From: Paraspadella gotoi
Taxonomy: Eukaryota > Animalia > Chaetognatha
NCBI GenBank assembly: GCA_051294375.1
Contig: JBJCIZ010000239.1
Coordinates: 3,355,989-3,419,988 of the forward strand
Reading direction: 5' to 3'
DNA length: 64,000 nt
Shown here: piece after piece, positions 52,501 to 64,000 of the stretch
Layout of the letters: each line of letters opens with the position of its first letter
Numbering within the stretch: position 1 is the first letter of the stretch
Made by a program: the position numbers and the translations under genes
The notes under the pieces: model-generated
What the model was told of the DNA's origin: nothing
The model's database searches: none
Seen by the model: only the letters and a program-made list of their open reading frames with translations

Positions 52501-54800
52501 TAACTCCGGGTCGTAGATAACAATAAACTTCCTCCCATTACTTTTTTTTTTTCGCCTTTACAAATAAATCTTATTTTTAAGATACAAAAATTAAAATATT
52601 TTCGAGAAGCACCATAATCTTTAAAGTGGTCCTTTGAATTTAAATAATTAGTTACGAGTTGCCCAACTGCATCAACGATTCTCGACTACTATTCTTGAGA
52701 ATTGCAACGCTCAATGCAAGAAAGCTCCGATATTCAGCGCAACTAAAGACAGTCAACATTACAGGGTAAGCCAAATTGGAAAATGAGGATTGTAAAAAAA
52801 AACAAGGACAAGGAACTGTTATTCCAAGTATTGCGTCCGCCATTACTTTCTATTATATCATGTCATTTATTCCTTATAGTTATGTAAATTTCTTTATTAG
52901 CGGCGAAAAGACGAAATTTATTTTATTTTTTTTCTTTTTTTTAAGAATACACTAAGATTTCGTTTAAAAACAAAAGGCGGGTCCGCAGTAGTCGCTTAGA
53001 ATTTGATTTAGTTGAACAAAAGAGGCAACAAACTATATAGGCAGTTAATCAAGCGTTTTTAACGTCAAGTGGATAGACCGAGGGAAACATACCGAAACCA
53101 GACCAGACGAGGGACCAACCGACCAAAAACAGTGACTTAAAAATTGAACATTTGCAACAGAATAACTAGCGTTTTGTAATTTATTAATTTTTTTGTTCTC
53201 AGGTGCCCGAGAGATAGTAACTAAAGATCCTTCGAGTATTATTATTACCTAATGAGCGCTGGCGTTTGGGTGTTGGGTGAATGATTCTATCAGTACACCC
53301 GGGCTTATCTTGGCAAGCGTACCAGTTCGATATACTATCTAGGAAAAAAGTATATAACATCAATTCATTTATTCAATAAAAAGCTATTACAAAACATGGG
53401 GTAAAAGATTTTAATATTATTTATGCCCTTCCTCCGGCATCAACTAATGCCTGCCATTCGTTCTTGGGCATGACTCTCATACCACCTAATGAGTATGCCA
53501 GTGAAAGTTTTATCCACCTCTTTTATGCAAATTCTTTTTCGAGACCCGATATTGATGTTTCGCATATCTTTCCCTTCTTTTGCCTAAAAAGGTATAATAG
53601 CACTTTTTTTGAAACCAAAAAAAGGTGCGTGCAAGGCTTAGCATTGCCAAAACTTAAATAAAAAATTAAAAAAATAACTTAACTCTATTTGAAATTAAAA
53701 ATGAATCTAAAACATCAAAAATGATGGAAGGAAAACTAATATGATTTTTTTTGCTAGTTTTTTTATTTGAAGTAACAATAATTTTTTGGATCTCGTAACT
53801 CCTCTAAAAACGATTTGATCAACAAAAAAATGGATAGAAAGCCTACTGAAAGGAAATTGCAAGTTGTAAAATCTAAAATATTTTATTTAAATCAAACAAA
53901 GTTTTGAAATAGATACCTTTATTAAAATGTTATATACTTTTTTCCTAGAAGTATTGTTTAATGATTTTAATGGTTTAAATGCTTCAGCTTCAAAAAAATC
54001 TCTCTTTAGAGTTATTTTTCCGTTTGATCAGTAATTCTAGTTGCTGTTTCTAATTTAGAGAAAACCAAGTTTTATTTTTTAACAAACAACTTTTTAGGTC
54101 GGGATCTGCCTATCAGCAGATCCCAACTCTATAATTCACTTTGTCAGTCCGTCGGTCCGCCCCAATTATTTTTTTTTTGCATAATTTATCTTAGAACAAA
54201 GTTTTGAAGAGAGATTTAACAACGATTTTATTTCATAGTGAAACGGACATTTTGATTTCGACTACGATCTTCTTTCAGCGCCAATATCAATTTTGCTGAA
54301 ATTTGAACGAGAATTTTGTGCATAAAAAAAGAGAGAGAGAAGACAAGCAATAGTTCCAAACACAGGAGTTGAGAGAAAGGATAGTGTTCAGTTATTATTA
54401 GGGACAGAGAGAAGGTGAGAAACAGAGATTAGTTAGGTAAAAAGAAATTGAAATTGGAGAGAAGAGAACGAGTACAGTGCTTGAAAATATAATATTGTCA
54501 TGAAAAGTGTACACAGCACTTATTTCAATTTCTTTTCACAAAACTATCCTGTCCTCACCTTCACCGTCCCTAATAAAAAACTGAAACACTATCGCTTTCT
54601 CTCAAACTCTGTGCTTGGAAACTTTGCTCTGTCTCTCTCTCTCTCTCTCATTTATATTCATGCCAAAAATTCTCTTCAAATTTTCACAAATTGAGATTGG
54701 CGCTGGAAAGACTCGATGTCGAAAGTTCGAAACATGTCCTTTTCACTATGCAAATAAAAAATCGTTGTTAAATCTAACTCTTCACAACAACTTTGTTCTT
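43594..54800 (-). other. Inverted copy of ~33731-43580 with rising indel load (probable fold-back chimera / low-quality consensus)
   Basis: Axis ccggat-gaacgttgtctcg-atccgg at ~43575-43599. Every landmark recurs in mirror order (pore exon 45237, CNBD ~46100, MITE 48537-49485, minisatellite ~50000, Tc1 53335-53950). Confidence 0.9.
43878..44971. mobile_element. Solo LTR (1094 bp)
   Basis: TGTAATAAAAA...TTTTTATTACA termini; perfect 5-bp TSD GAGTG (43873-43877 / 44972-44976); the mirror arm at ~43296-43300 has the empty site. Confidence 0.85.
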
Positions 54801-57800
54801 GATAAATTATGCAAAAAGAGGAGATAAAAATAATGGGGGTGCGGACCGACGGACTGACAAATGTGAAATTATAAGAGTTGGGATCTGCTGATAGGCTAGA
54901 TCCGGACTAAAAAAAAAGAATTGTTTGGTTAAAAATAAACTTGGTATTTCTCTTAAATTAGGAAACGCCACTCGAATTTAACTATCAAAGGTAAAAATAA
55001 CCTAGAGAGAGTGTTTTGAAGTTGAACATTTAAACCATTAAATCATTAAAACAATACATATCTAAGCGAAAAAAAGTATGGGAGAACCAAAAAATTTATT
55101 CCCAAAACTTTATAAAAAACACGGGGGTGGTTGGTATGTAAAACCCAAAAAAGGTAAAAATAAAAAAAAAAAATAAAAAAAATCGCGCGGATCCCAGTTT
55201 CCCTAAAATTTCATGTCAAAAATCGTTTTATCACTTCATGGGAGCTCAAAAAATCGTTATAACATGTTTTAAATAAAGGTTATATCTATTCAACAAATTC
55301 TTGTTTGGAGTGTTAAAAAAAATATATTTTTAGATTTACAGTTGAATTTCCTGTTTTCAGTAGCATTTTCTTTCCATTTTTTGCTTGACTCAATATCTGT
55401 TTAGAAGTTACAGATCAAAGTCACAAAATAATTGTTACTTCAAAATAAAAAATAGGCAAAAATAAAATCATAGGGTATTAGTTTTCCTCCCATTATTTAT
55501 GTTTAGTAGAATTCATTTTAGTATCTTCAAAATAGAGTTAGATTTTTTTAATTTGTTATTAATTTGGCAATGCTAAAAGGCCTTGCACCCTTTTTGGTCA
55601 AAAAGTGCTATTATTACCTTTTAGCAAAAGGGAAGATATTGTAACCTATCCTCATCAGGTCATGAAAAGAATGCATTAAAATAGTGAGCGCGCGCTGGAA
55701 AAATATTCATTTCACTGGCATATCCTCAAATTGGACTGTATGAAGAGCAATAGCCCAGACGAATTCAGGCATTTTTTTGATTTGCCGTAGGTTAAGGGTT
55801 AATACCAAATTTATTAAAAATTCTTTTACCCATGTTTTGTTATACTTTTTAACTTGACAATAAATAGGAATTATGTTATATACTTATATATATCTATGAT
55901 AGTATTATTGCGCCGAACCTGGTACGCCCAAAGAATAAGCCGGGTCGATATAGGGGATTTTAGAATTCTATCAGCGCGCGCGCGCCAACACCCAAAACCC
56001 AGCGCCATTAGGTAAATAAACAACAGTCACTCGCCCAGGATCTTTTTAGTTTCTATCTCTCGCGTCGCGTACTTGTCAGAACCAATACAAAATTAAACTT
56101 AAATTTACAAACGCTAGATGTGGTGTATTTTGTGCATAATGTTCAACTTTTTAGTCACTTTTTAGGTCGGGTTAGGGTCCCTTCGGTAAGGTATACATAG
56201 AGTCCGGCTCCGAAATATGATCTGTCCCTCGGGTACACCTATTCCCACATATACGTTTAAAAAACGCTTGATAACTTGCTCCAATATGGTACTTTGCTCT
56301 CGCTCTTTTTGTTCAAAATCAAATTTCTTACAGCGAGAACCCCTACTGGCCCCGCCTTTTGTGTTTTTATAAAGACCATACTTAGTGTTATTCATTAAAA
56401 AAAAAAGAGAAAAATAATATAAAATAAAAATAATTTTCGTAATCTTTATCCGCTCACATAAAGTAAATTCTTTTACAAGACTATAAGGGACATAAATGAT
56501 CATGTAAGTAAACCCAAAGTTTTATAGTGTAATTGCGGCGCTAATACCTTGGAAACCGTTCCTTGTTTTTTACAATCCTCATTTTCATTTTGGCTTACCC
56601 TGTATGTTGACGTCTTTAGTGCGGCTGAAATATCGAGCTGTCCTTTCTTGCATTGACGTTGCAATTCAAGAATGTAGTCGAAAATCGTGACTTGCAGTTG
56701 GTCTCGTAACTAATTATTTTTAAAATCAAAGTAACTTTTAAAAGATTATCTTCTCGAAAATTATTTTAAATTTAGTTATTCTTTAAAAATAAGATTTATT
56801 GTAAAAGGCGAAAAACAAAGTAAGAGGAGGGGAAGCTTATTGTATCTACGACCCGAGTTAAGTTATGTATACATATGGAAAGAGATGACATTAAATGTCT
56901 TTATGATTGTAGTCGAAGACAAAATACTTGAAAATCGGTATTGAGTTTTGGATTGGAGGTAGAATCTCGCATTCGTCCGTATAGAATTCCCTATTATTGT
57001 GAACCTAGGATACAACCCCAATTTTTGGATCCAGATTAAATTGCAGATTCATAAAATTGATTTTTGCAGAAACTTTGCAACAATTTAGAACTTTCGTCTG
57101 AGACGGTATTATTATTATCTAATATTCAATGGCATTATTTTATTAATATGGTGTTTAACCGTATAAATTTTTGAAATTTTTCAATTGATTTGGAAAATTT
57201 AAAAAAAAATGTATATAAACATAACCTTTGAATTTAGCCTATAATAATTCTATTAACATAATGGCAGGGAGAACGTTTATTTTACATAATCCCGAAATCT
57301 GTAATAGCACAAAGCTCCTAGTGAAAAGTAGAAAATACGACTGTAGTGATAATCAAGCAATTGTGAGTTATGAATCAATGCCAAATGGAGTGCGGGCCCT
57401 ATGGATGAGAGAAAACCTGATTTTTAAGAGAAATTAAAATTTGAGTTGCCGTCCTGAAAATGAAAATTTCATAAGCCGTAGATACATCGATCCTAAAAGC
57501 CTAACGATCTTATATCTATCCACGATCTCCATTACATTAGATTTGCCACATGACGGCAAGGATAGAAGACAATCTTTTGAGAAAGATGCAAAGCATAAAT
57601 CATTTCATTTATCTCGATTAATTGAAGGCCTCAGCTTTCTTTGCTTGATCGTCGTCGTCGGTCGTCGGCGTCACGCTTAATATTGATCTATTAAAAGTGT
57701 GTTATCATAGGGAGTTGAAAAATTTTTTAAAATTATCATATTTCATATTAATATTCGGATTTCGTTTGTTTTATTTACAAAACCAATTTTATCAATTTTT

Positions 57801-60800
57801 ATTATAAAAACTACTACGAATTACGAATTGATTCTATTAAAAGCAATTGTGATATCATAAGGAATTGAAATTTTAGATATGCGCTTCTCATCATTAAGAT
57901 CTTTGAAATTGTCATGTTTCATATATAATAATATGAGGATTTGTTTGTTTTATTTACAAAAAAACTTTTTAATTATATGTTTATGGACGACACAAGTTAC
58001 GTCCCACAATTGTCGTTCTTTCTTTCTCTCTATTAATTATATTCCCTCACCTCTCTCCTTCTCTCTCTTTCTCTCTCTTTATTCTTCTTGATTTTTTTTC
58101 TTTCTTCTGATTCATTAAACGAGTTCAGGCTTTGCAGCGGCTGTCCAGCTTTTTTCTACTCTCTCTTTTCGGTCTGCCTTTAATTTTTTCATCATTTCTC
58201 TCTCTATCTCACTCAAACAGGGCAATTTTGTTTATGTTTTTACTTACCACAAAAAAATTTTATATAATATTGTAGGAACTCAACTAATGTAAAAGACAGG
58301 TATAGTTAAGAGAACGCCCCATCCGCGCTTTTCTTATGTGGTAAACTACAAAGCAGGGAGCAAACGAACCCAACGTTTGGGTTGGGCTTGGAGAGATAAG
58401 CTCGTGCTAACCTCTAGTTTTTTCGTTCACAACGGTAAATTTTTATAGTAGTAACGCTTTAGACCGCTTTTTATACGAGTAACTGGGCTCTTGTCCATGT
58501 TTTCTCTCCTCTCTCTATTAAATATAAATATGTCGCTCTGCTCTCTCTCGCCTTCTTTCTTTCTTTTTTAGGGGTAGGTAAGCCCCACTCAATGGGGTTG
58601 GAATCAAAATTTAGAAAGATACATGTTTAAAACAAAATTTATACATTTAAGGTACACGATTCCAAATGTGACGAAAAATTTGTATAATGGCTCTCATACC
58701 AAATATTTATTTTTTAAATTATTCTTTAATTTATTTCGATCCAGGAAAGTGAGTTTGTAGATCGTCCCTTATTCAGATACATCTGTGGAATATAATCAGA
58801 GTTCAGCTCTAGACAGTGGCTCTGTCTAGCGGATACTTCTTGTCCAAATTTAGTCTCATATCTTTCCCTCTCTCTCCTCTCACTCAAGGATGATTCTCAT
58901 TGATAATCCTTAATACTTTTCCAATTTTTGCAAAATGTCGGGGCCTTTAATCGCCCTTATATAATCCTTTAATTGAATTGAATTTTATTTTTTGTGGTTG
59001 AAGTTGCCATTAGTGCCAATTAGTCTTTGCGTCAAGGAAATACTCATTATTGTTTAAATGTCAGTATTGTTTTTAAATCAGTCAGGTATTAATCTTCTCT
59101 ATTGTTCTTAATTGTCCATAATTGTCTCTTTTATTAAATAATTTGGAAAAAAATTTTCTCTTCTCTCTCTCTTTCTATCTCCATCTCTCTCATTTGTCAT
59201 CCATGCGTCATATGAATTGACTATACATCGCACTATTTTTATATGAATAATGGCGAATCATCGCGGCATCAATGTGATATGACTATCATTGCATCAATTG
59301 ATATGAATGATCACTCTGGTCAAATCAATGAATGAAGTTATCATTCACAATCAATGAATAATTATCATCGCATAATGAGATAACTTATCATGCGCGATTC
59401 AATATTGATGGTTTATTCGCATTTTAGACATTACAATCATTTGGTTAATCATCGCAATTATTTCAATCATTGGTTGGGTTATTCATCGCGATTCATCCTT
59501 TTGGTTTATCATCGCATCAATCCTTTTTGTTTATGCAGTCGCGATCAATTATTTGGTTATCATCGCATCAATCCATTTGGTTACATCATCGCTCACATCA
59601 CAGTGGGCGCGTGATTGGTTATCAATCGCGGAATCAATATTTGGGTTAATCATGTGCATCAATAATAGTTATTCATCGCATCAATAATTAATTCCTATTA
59701 CATCAATAAATTACTTATCCAATTATCAATCGAGGACCATTTTCACTATGGTACATTAATAATTGCAATTCGCAATTCAATCATTTTTTTTTTTCCCGGA
59801 TTTTTTCAATTAACCTCTTTCGTGACTTTGATAGTGCCACTTTTTCTGGCACTTCACTACTTTTAAGATTTATTTTTATAATATTATTATGTTTTTATAT
59901 ACATAGTTACAATTGAATTATTCCATCCTATTTTATATGCCCATATTTAATATTATATTTAATATATTATAATATTAATTATTTTAAATGGTGATTTACT
60001 TGACGCGCAGTATTTAGTAAAACATTGGAGCAGGATACCAAAGCTGATCATTTGCGTAACTCGCGCACCTTTGAGCCGATTAATAGTCAGTTTTAGTTGG
60101 ATATATCCGAAGACCGAATACCATGAGCGGGTCAATTAAACGATGCTAAGGTGCGCAGGCCGGATAATGCAACTAATATTAAAATAGGCGAAGTTAAGCC
60201 TTAGAATCGCGATATGTTTCTTTCGTTATGATTTTAGTAGGTTTTACGAAAAATAATTAAATAAGAATACTACATAAAGGGTGACGATGTTAGCCAAGCG
60301 CCGTAAAACTGCTGGTCATTTTGCCAAACCAGTGAGAGTGATATTCAATGATTTGAAAAAAAGTATAGTTGAGATAAAAAAATATTAAAGTCATTTAGGA
60401 TCGCCTGTTTTCAAATTTTATATTAATTGATTCAGTTAAGAGCTATCGCCTTGACTTTTGAGTGGAGAGATGTTGGGCATTATAGTATAACATCGGGATC
60501 ATTTTCCAGAGAGGCTCACTTATATATTTTAGATTTCAATTTTTTAGTGCGCGCGTCGTACATATTCAAATAAAGTTTATCTGAATAAAATTTTTAAATT
60601 AAATAATATTAATATATTATCTGATGAAAAGCACACTATGGTTGGCTAAACTATATGAGATTACTATTAATTACAAATACTGTAGTATAAAATTTACCGG
60701 ACCCAGCTTTAATCTTAATTAGAGATACTCAAAAAAAACAAAGACATCTTTCACCCTCCCCCTCTCTCCCCCTACAAAATCAATAGCTGCGACGGCTAAA

Positions 60801-63499
60801 TATAGAAGATTTATTATGCAAATTGTGTAATATTGGCTATCTTTATATAATAATAATCTATCTTCTTTACAGGCCTTTTCATGATACTTATTATAATAAT
60901 TAGAGGGTTATATTTTGATTAATGATTTATAAATTATATAATAATTCTAACACAGGTCATTATTATTAAATAAATTTAATTTATAAAAATTTTAATAATT
61001 AACTTCTTGTTCTTCATACTTAATTGAACCAAGGGCTAGGCAGACTCTTAATTTTATGTGTAGAGCTTCCGTCAGGTGAATATCATTCTCTTCATTTTCT
61101 GTAGGCAGCATTTTTCTAGAGGAGTAATTTATTATTAATACTAACATTTTAAAAGGAAAGAAGATTTAAAAACGTATTTTGGGGAAGATTATGAAACCCG
61201 ATTGTTGACACCTCCAACTTCTCTGACCACTCTTGTTTGCAAATGGGGCATATCCTTAAACTGATCGGATATATAATTCATATTTAACAATATTGAAAGC
61301 TGAGCGGTGAGATTGATTTTACTAGCCGTCGAGAGAGAACTAATTTTTAAAATTCAATGAGAAATAACCACTGGTTTGCAAAATTGACAGACGTTTTTCT
61401 ACCCGGCGTTTCTAAAATTGTACCATGTATTATTAAGTTATTAATTATATAGTGATAAATAAAAACTATGAAAATAGGAAATTCCTAGTTGAAAGAAGTG
61501 TAATGTATCACCTGAGTCAAAAATTGATGACTGTATAACTAACAACTTTTCTTCCCAACATGTTCGCAGCTTGATAACTGAGAAGAATTAATAAATTGAT
61601 ACAAGTTCTCGTTTATGGTTTTTTTAGTTCAAATTGTTGTGATAGAGAACTTACTAAATGGTATTAATGAGGATAATAATTAATTGCTGGGTGCCAACAC
61701 TCTACATCGCACAAGATCGATGGGAAATCATAAAGCGAGCCACGCGAAATAAGAATAAAAGAAAGAAAGATGGAATAGACAAGAGTGCGCAACGATATGC
61801 CAAAGAGATAAAACATTGGAAAACCAGTCAAGCCGCCGCGTATGGGCAATTACATTTTTTTGATATTTCTCGACTTAAAGGACATTTTTGATATCCCTTT
61901 TATTTTTAACTTTTTCAATTCGATAGTGTTTTCCTATACAAATTGATCACACTTATCATTCAAGTTGGTTAATGTGGTAAGATTGTAGGACAGTATTAAA
62001 CATATATAATAAAATAGAGTTAAAATTGTGGTTAAACCATAAGGACACATATTCAAATTCTGACTCCATACCATTTTTTGCTCAGGCACGACTTTGCTTT
62101 TTAGCGATGCCCTTCGAGACACAGACTGCAAGGTCCTTTGTTGTTATGAATATTGAACGCTCAATGTATAAAAGTCCATTCCGCGTGAAACTGTTTTAAT
62201 CTGGAAGGACAAATACAATTATGTCAATTAAACTCGTAAGGGAAAAACGGGTAATTTATATTGCTTTCGTATTTTTTTTACCGGTTTGCACTTAATATTA
62301 AATGTTTCTCCTCGGGCAATTTCTTCTGTAGTCTCGATCTGAGCTGAAATATTTTTTCGGAAAAGGGAAATTGGCAACATTTAATATAATTTTTCAGGCC
62401 CGCAGGAGGCAGGAAATCACAGTCAGTCGAAGCTATTATAAGGATGCTTTTCGAAATTGGAGAATTGGCCCAGACAATACCTGTTGAACATAAATGGTTA
62501 AACTGTTAATCCATAATGCAGCTTATAATTTTACTAATTTAATTATAAAATTAATCATTTTTTTTTATCGCGAATGAAAAAATAACAGAGCAAATCTGCT
62601 TTTTCACCATACCATACTTTTGCTGTCAGGATTTTTGGGGTCTTTTGAAAAATTACTTTAAAAATATTTAGTTTAAAAAAAAAAATATTTATCGAATTAC
62701 CCTAACCCTAAACCCTCTTTAACCCTAACCACTAAAGCGATAAAAGTAAAAATTCTAAAATTTAACTTTAATTTTAAAATTACTGAAAAAGTGAGAAATG
62801 ACACATTATTGTATTTACCGGCGTGGTGTTGCAGTGGTCATGACAGTAGAGAGGGAGAAGAGTGCCGCTCGACATATCGACGGCCATATATCTCTCTCAT
62901 ACATACATATACATCTCAAGGGTTGGGTTTGGAGCGAGAGAGACGAGAGAGAGAAGAGAGAGAGCAGAGAGAAGAGAGGAACGAACAACGATTATGAAGA
63001 CGAAAGAAACGTTGAAAACCGGGAGAAATATCCCGATTATTTTTTAAAATGTAATAGATCGTTACGGTTTCGTTGTTTCGTTTATAACCGTTTGCTTAAT
63101 ATTGGAAATAATTTTTTATGATTCATTGATTTATTATATTAGCTAATTATAAAACTATTTTATATCATTTGATTGTAAATATGGAATTACACCACAATAT
63201 CATTTTGTAATAAAACAAAACTACATTTAAAAACCACGATCATCGCCAATCTTTTAAAGTTACCAGAAAGTCGCAGGATAGTTAAAAGAAATATATATTT
63301 ATATGAACAATTTTGTTTTCAAATTTCACCAAACTGTTTTTAACGCTGATGAAGGCTTGTAACTGTAGCCGAAACATGATCCGTATAATTAATAAAAATA
63401 AAATCCGTTTGTCTTGAAAACTTAATTTCAAACTCTTTTTAACAATTATGATAAAATTAAGAAATTAATGTAATAAATCTTTAAAATTATAATTAGAGG
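54790..63499 (+). other. Third, direct and heavily indel-corrupted copy of ~34300-41578
   Basis: Collinear with 34300-41578 but with dense random insertions (e.g. gcgcgcgcgcgc at ~55975); ends at the N gap. Confidence 0.9.
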
Positions 63500-63524
63500 N
63501 NNNNNNNNNNNNNNNNNNNNNNNN
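63500..63524. other. Assembly gap (25 N)
   Basis: Run of n characters. Confidence 1.
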
Positions 63525-64000
63525 ACGTGGAAGTCCAAGGAGATTCACTAGTACCGACATAAAATAAAAAATGGGTACAGCATATAGATCATATAGATCA
63601 TATAGATCATATAGATTTTATTAGATAAAAAAGTCCTGAAAATGTTTTTTTGCTCATCCAGTGGACAAGGTCACTTTATATTTTACAGTGAAAAAATTTA
63701 ATATGTTTCCATGAAAAAGAATATTTATTTTTTAAAATTCTTTGAATAAAATTTCCTACTTGCAACAAAACAGAAAGCCTTTGACTTTGTCAGGCTCATA
63801 ACAAAAGTTACAATAGATAAGACCTGCATTGAATATTGAAGTTCAAAGTAGAAAAACCTCAGGATATGAACTTTGTCTTGCTATGGGGGGGCAAACTCCT
63901 TGATTTTGCAATAGGATTATGGTGTGATTGTTTTGTCACATTAAGAAAAATTGTATTTAAATTGGTTATGGAGTTATTATTTTTTTTTTTTTTTTAGATC

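Noticed and set aside
44974-63499. Second and third channel paralogues
   Set aside because: Introns and transposons are copied along with exons, and differences are mainly random indels; treated as re-reads of the same locus.
63581-63617. (CATATAGAT)4 tandem after the gap
   Set aside because: Simple short tandem repeat with no further structure.

Overview
AT-rich eukaryotic (probably invertebrate animal) genomic DNA with short GT-AG introns. Left to right it contains: (1) a complete 9-exon cytosolic Hsp70/Hsc70 gene (minus, 268-3462) with heat-shock elements upstream; (2) divergently transcribed, a 9-exon gene for a prokaryote-type phosphate acetyltransferase (Pta; plus, 5406-7657); (3) a minus-strand multi-exon gene (~8184-11944) for a probably secreted protein with five dibasic-flanked 'ADW' repeats, resembling a prohormone; (4) a ~30 kb minus-strand gene (13917 to >43060) that appears to encode a four-repeat 6TM+cyclic-nucleotide-binding-domain channel (CNGK-like) with four different, degenerate selectivity filters. 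The introns hold many mobile elements, notably fold-back elements with minimal hammerhead ribozyme cores and 13-14 bp target duplications (Penelope-like), a TRIM whose LTRs carry a tRNA-like unit, and Tc1/mariner and TTAA MITEs. From ~43587 to the N gap at 63500 the sequence is an inverted and then a direct, increasingly indel-ridden re-copy of ~33.7-43.6 kb, most likely a fold-back chimera/assembly artefact. All calls come from manual translation and motif recognition; no database searches were run.
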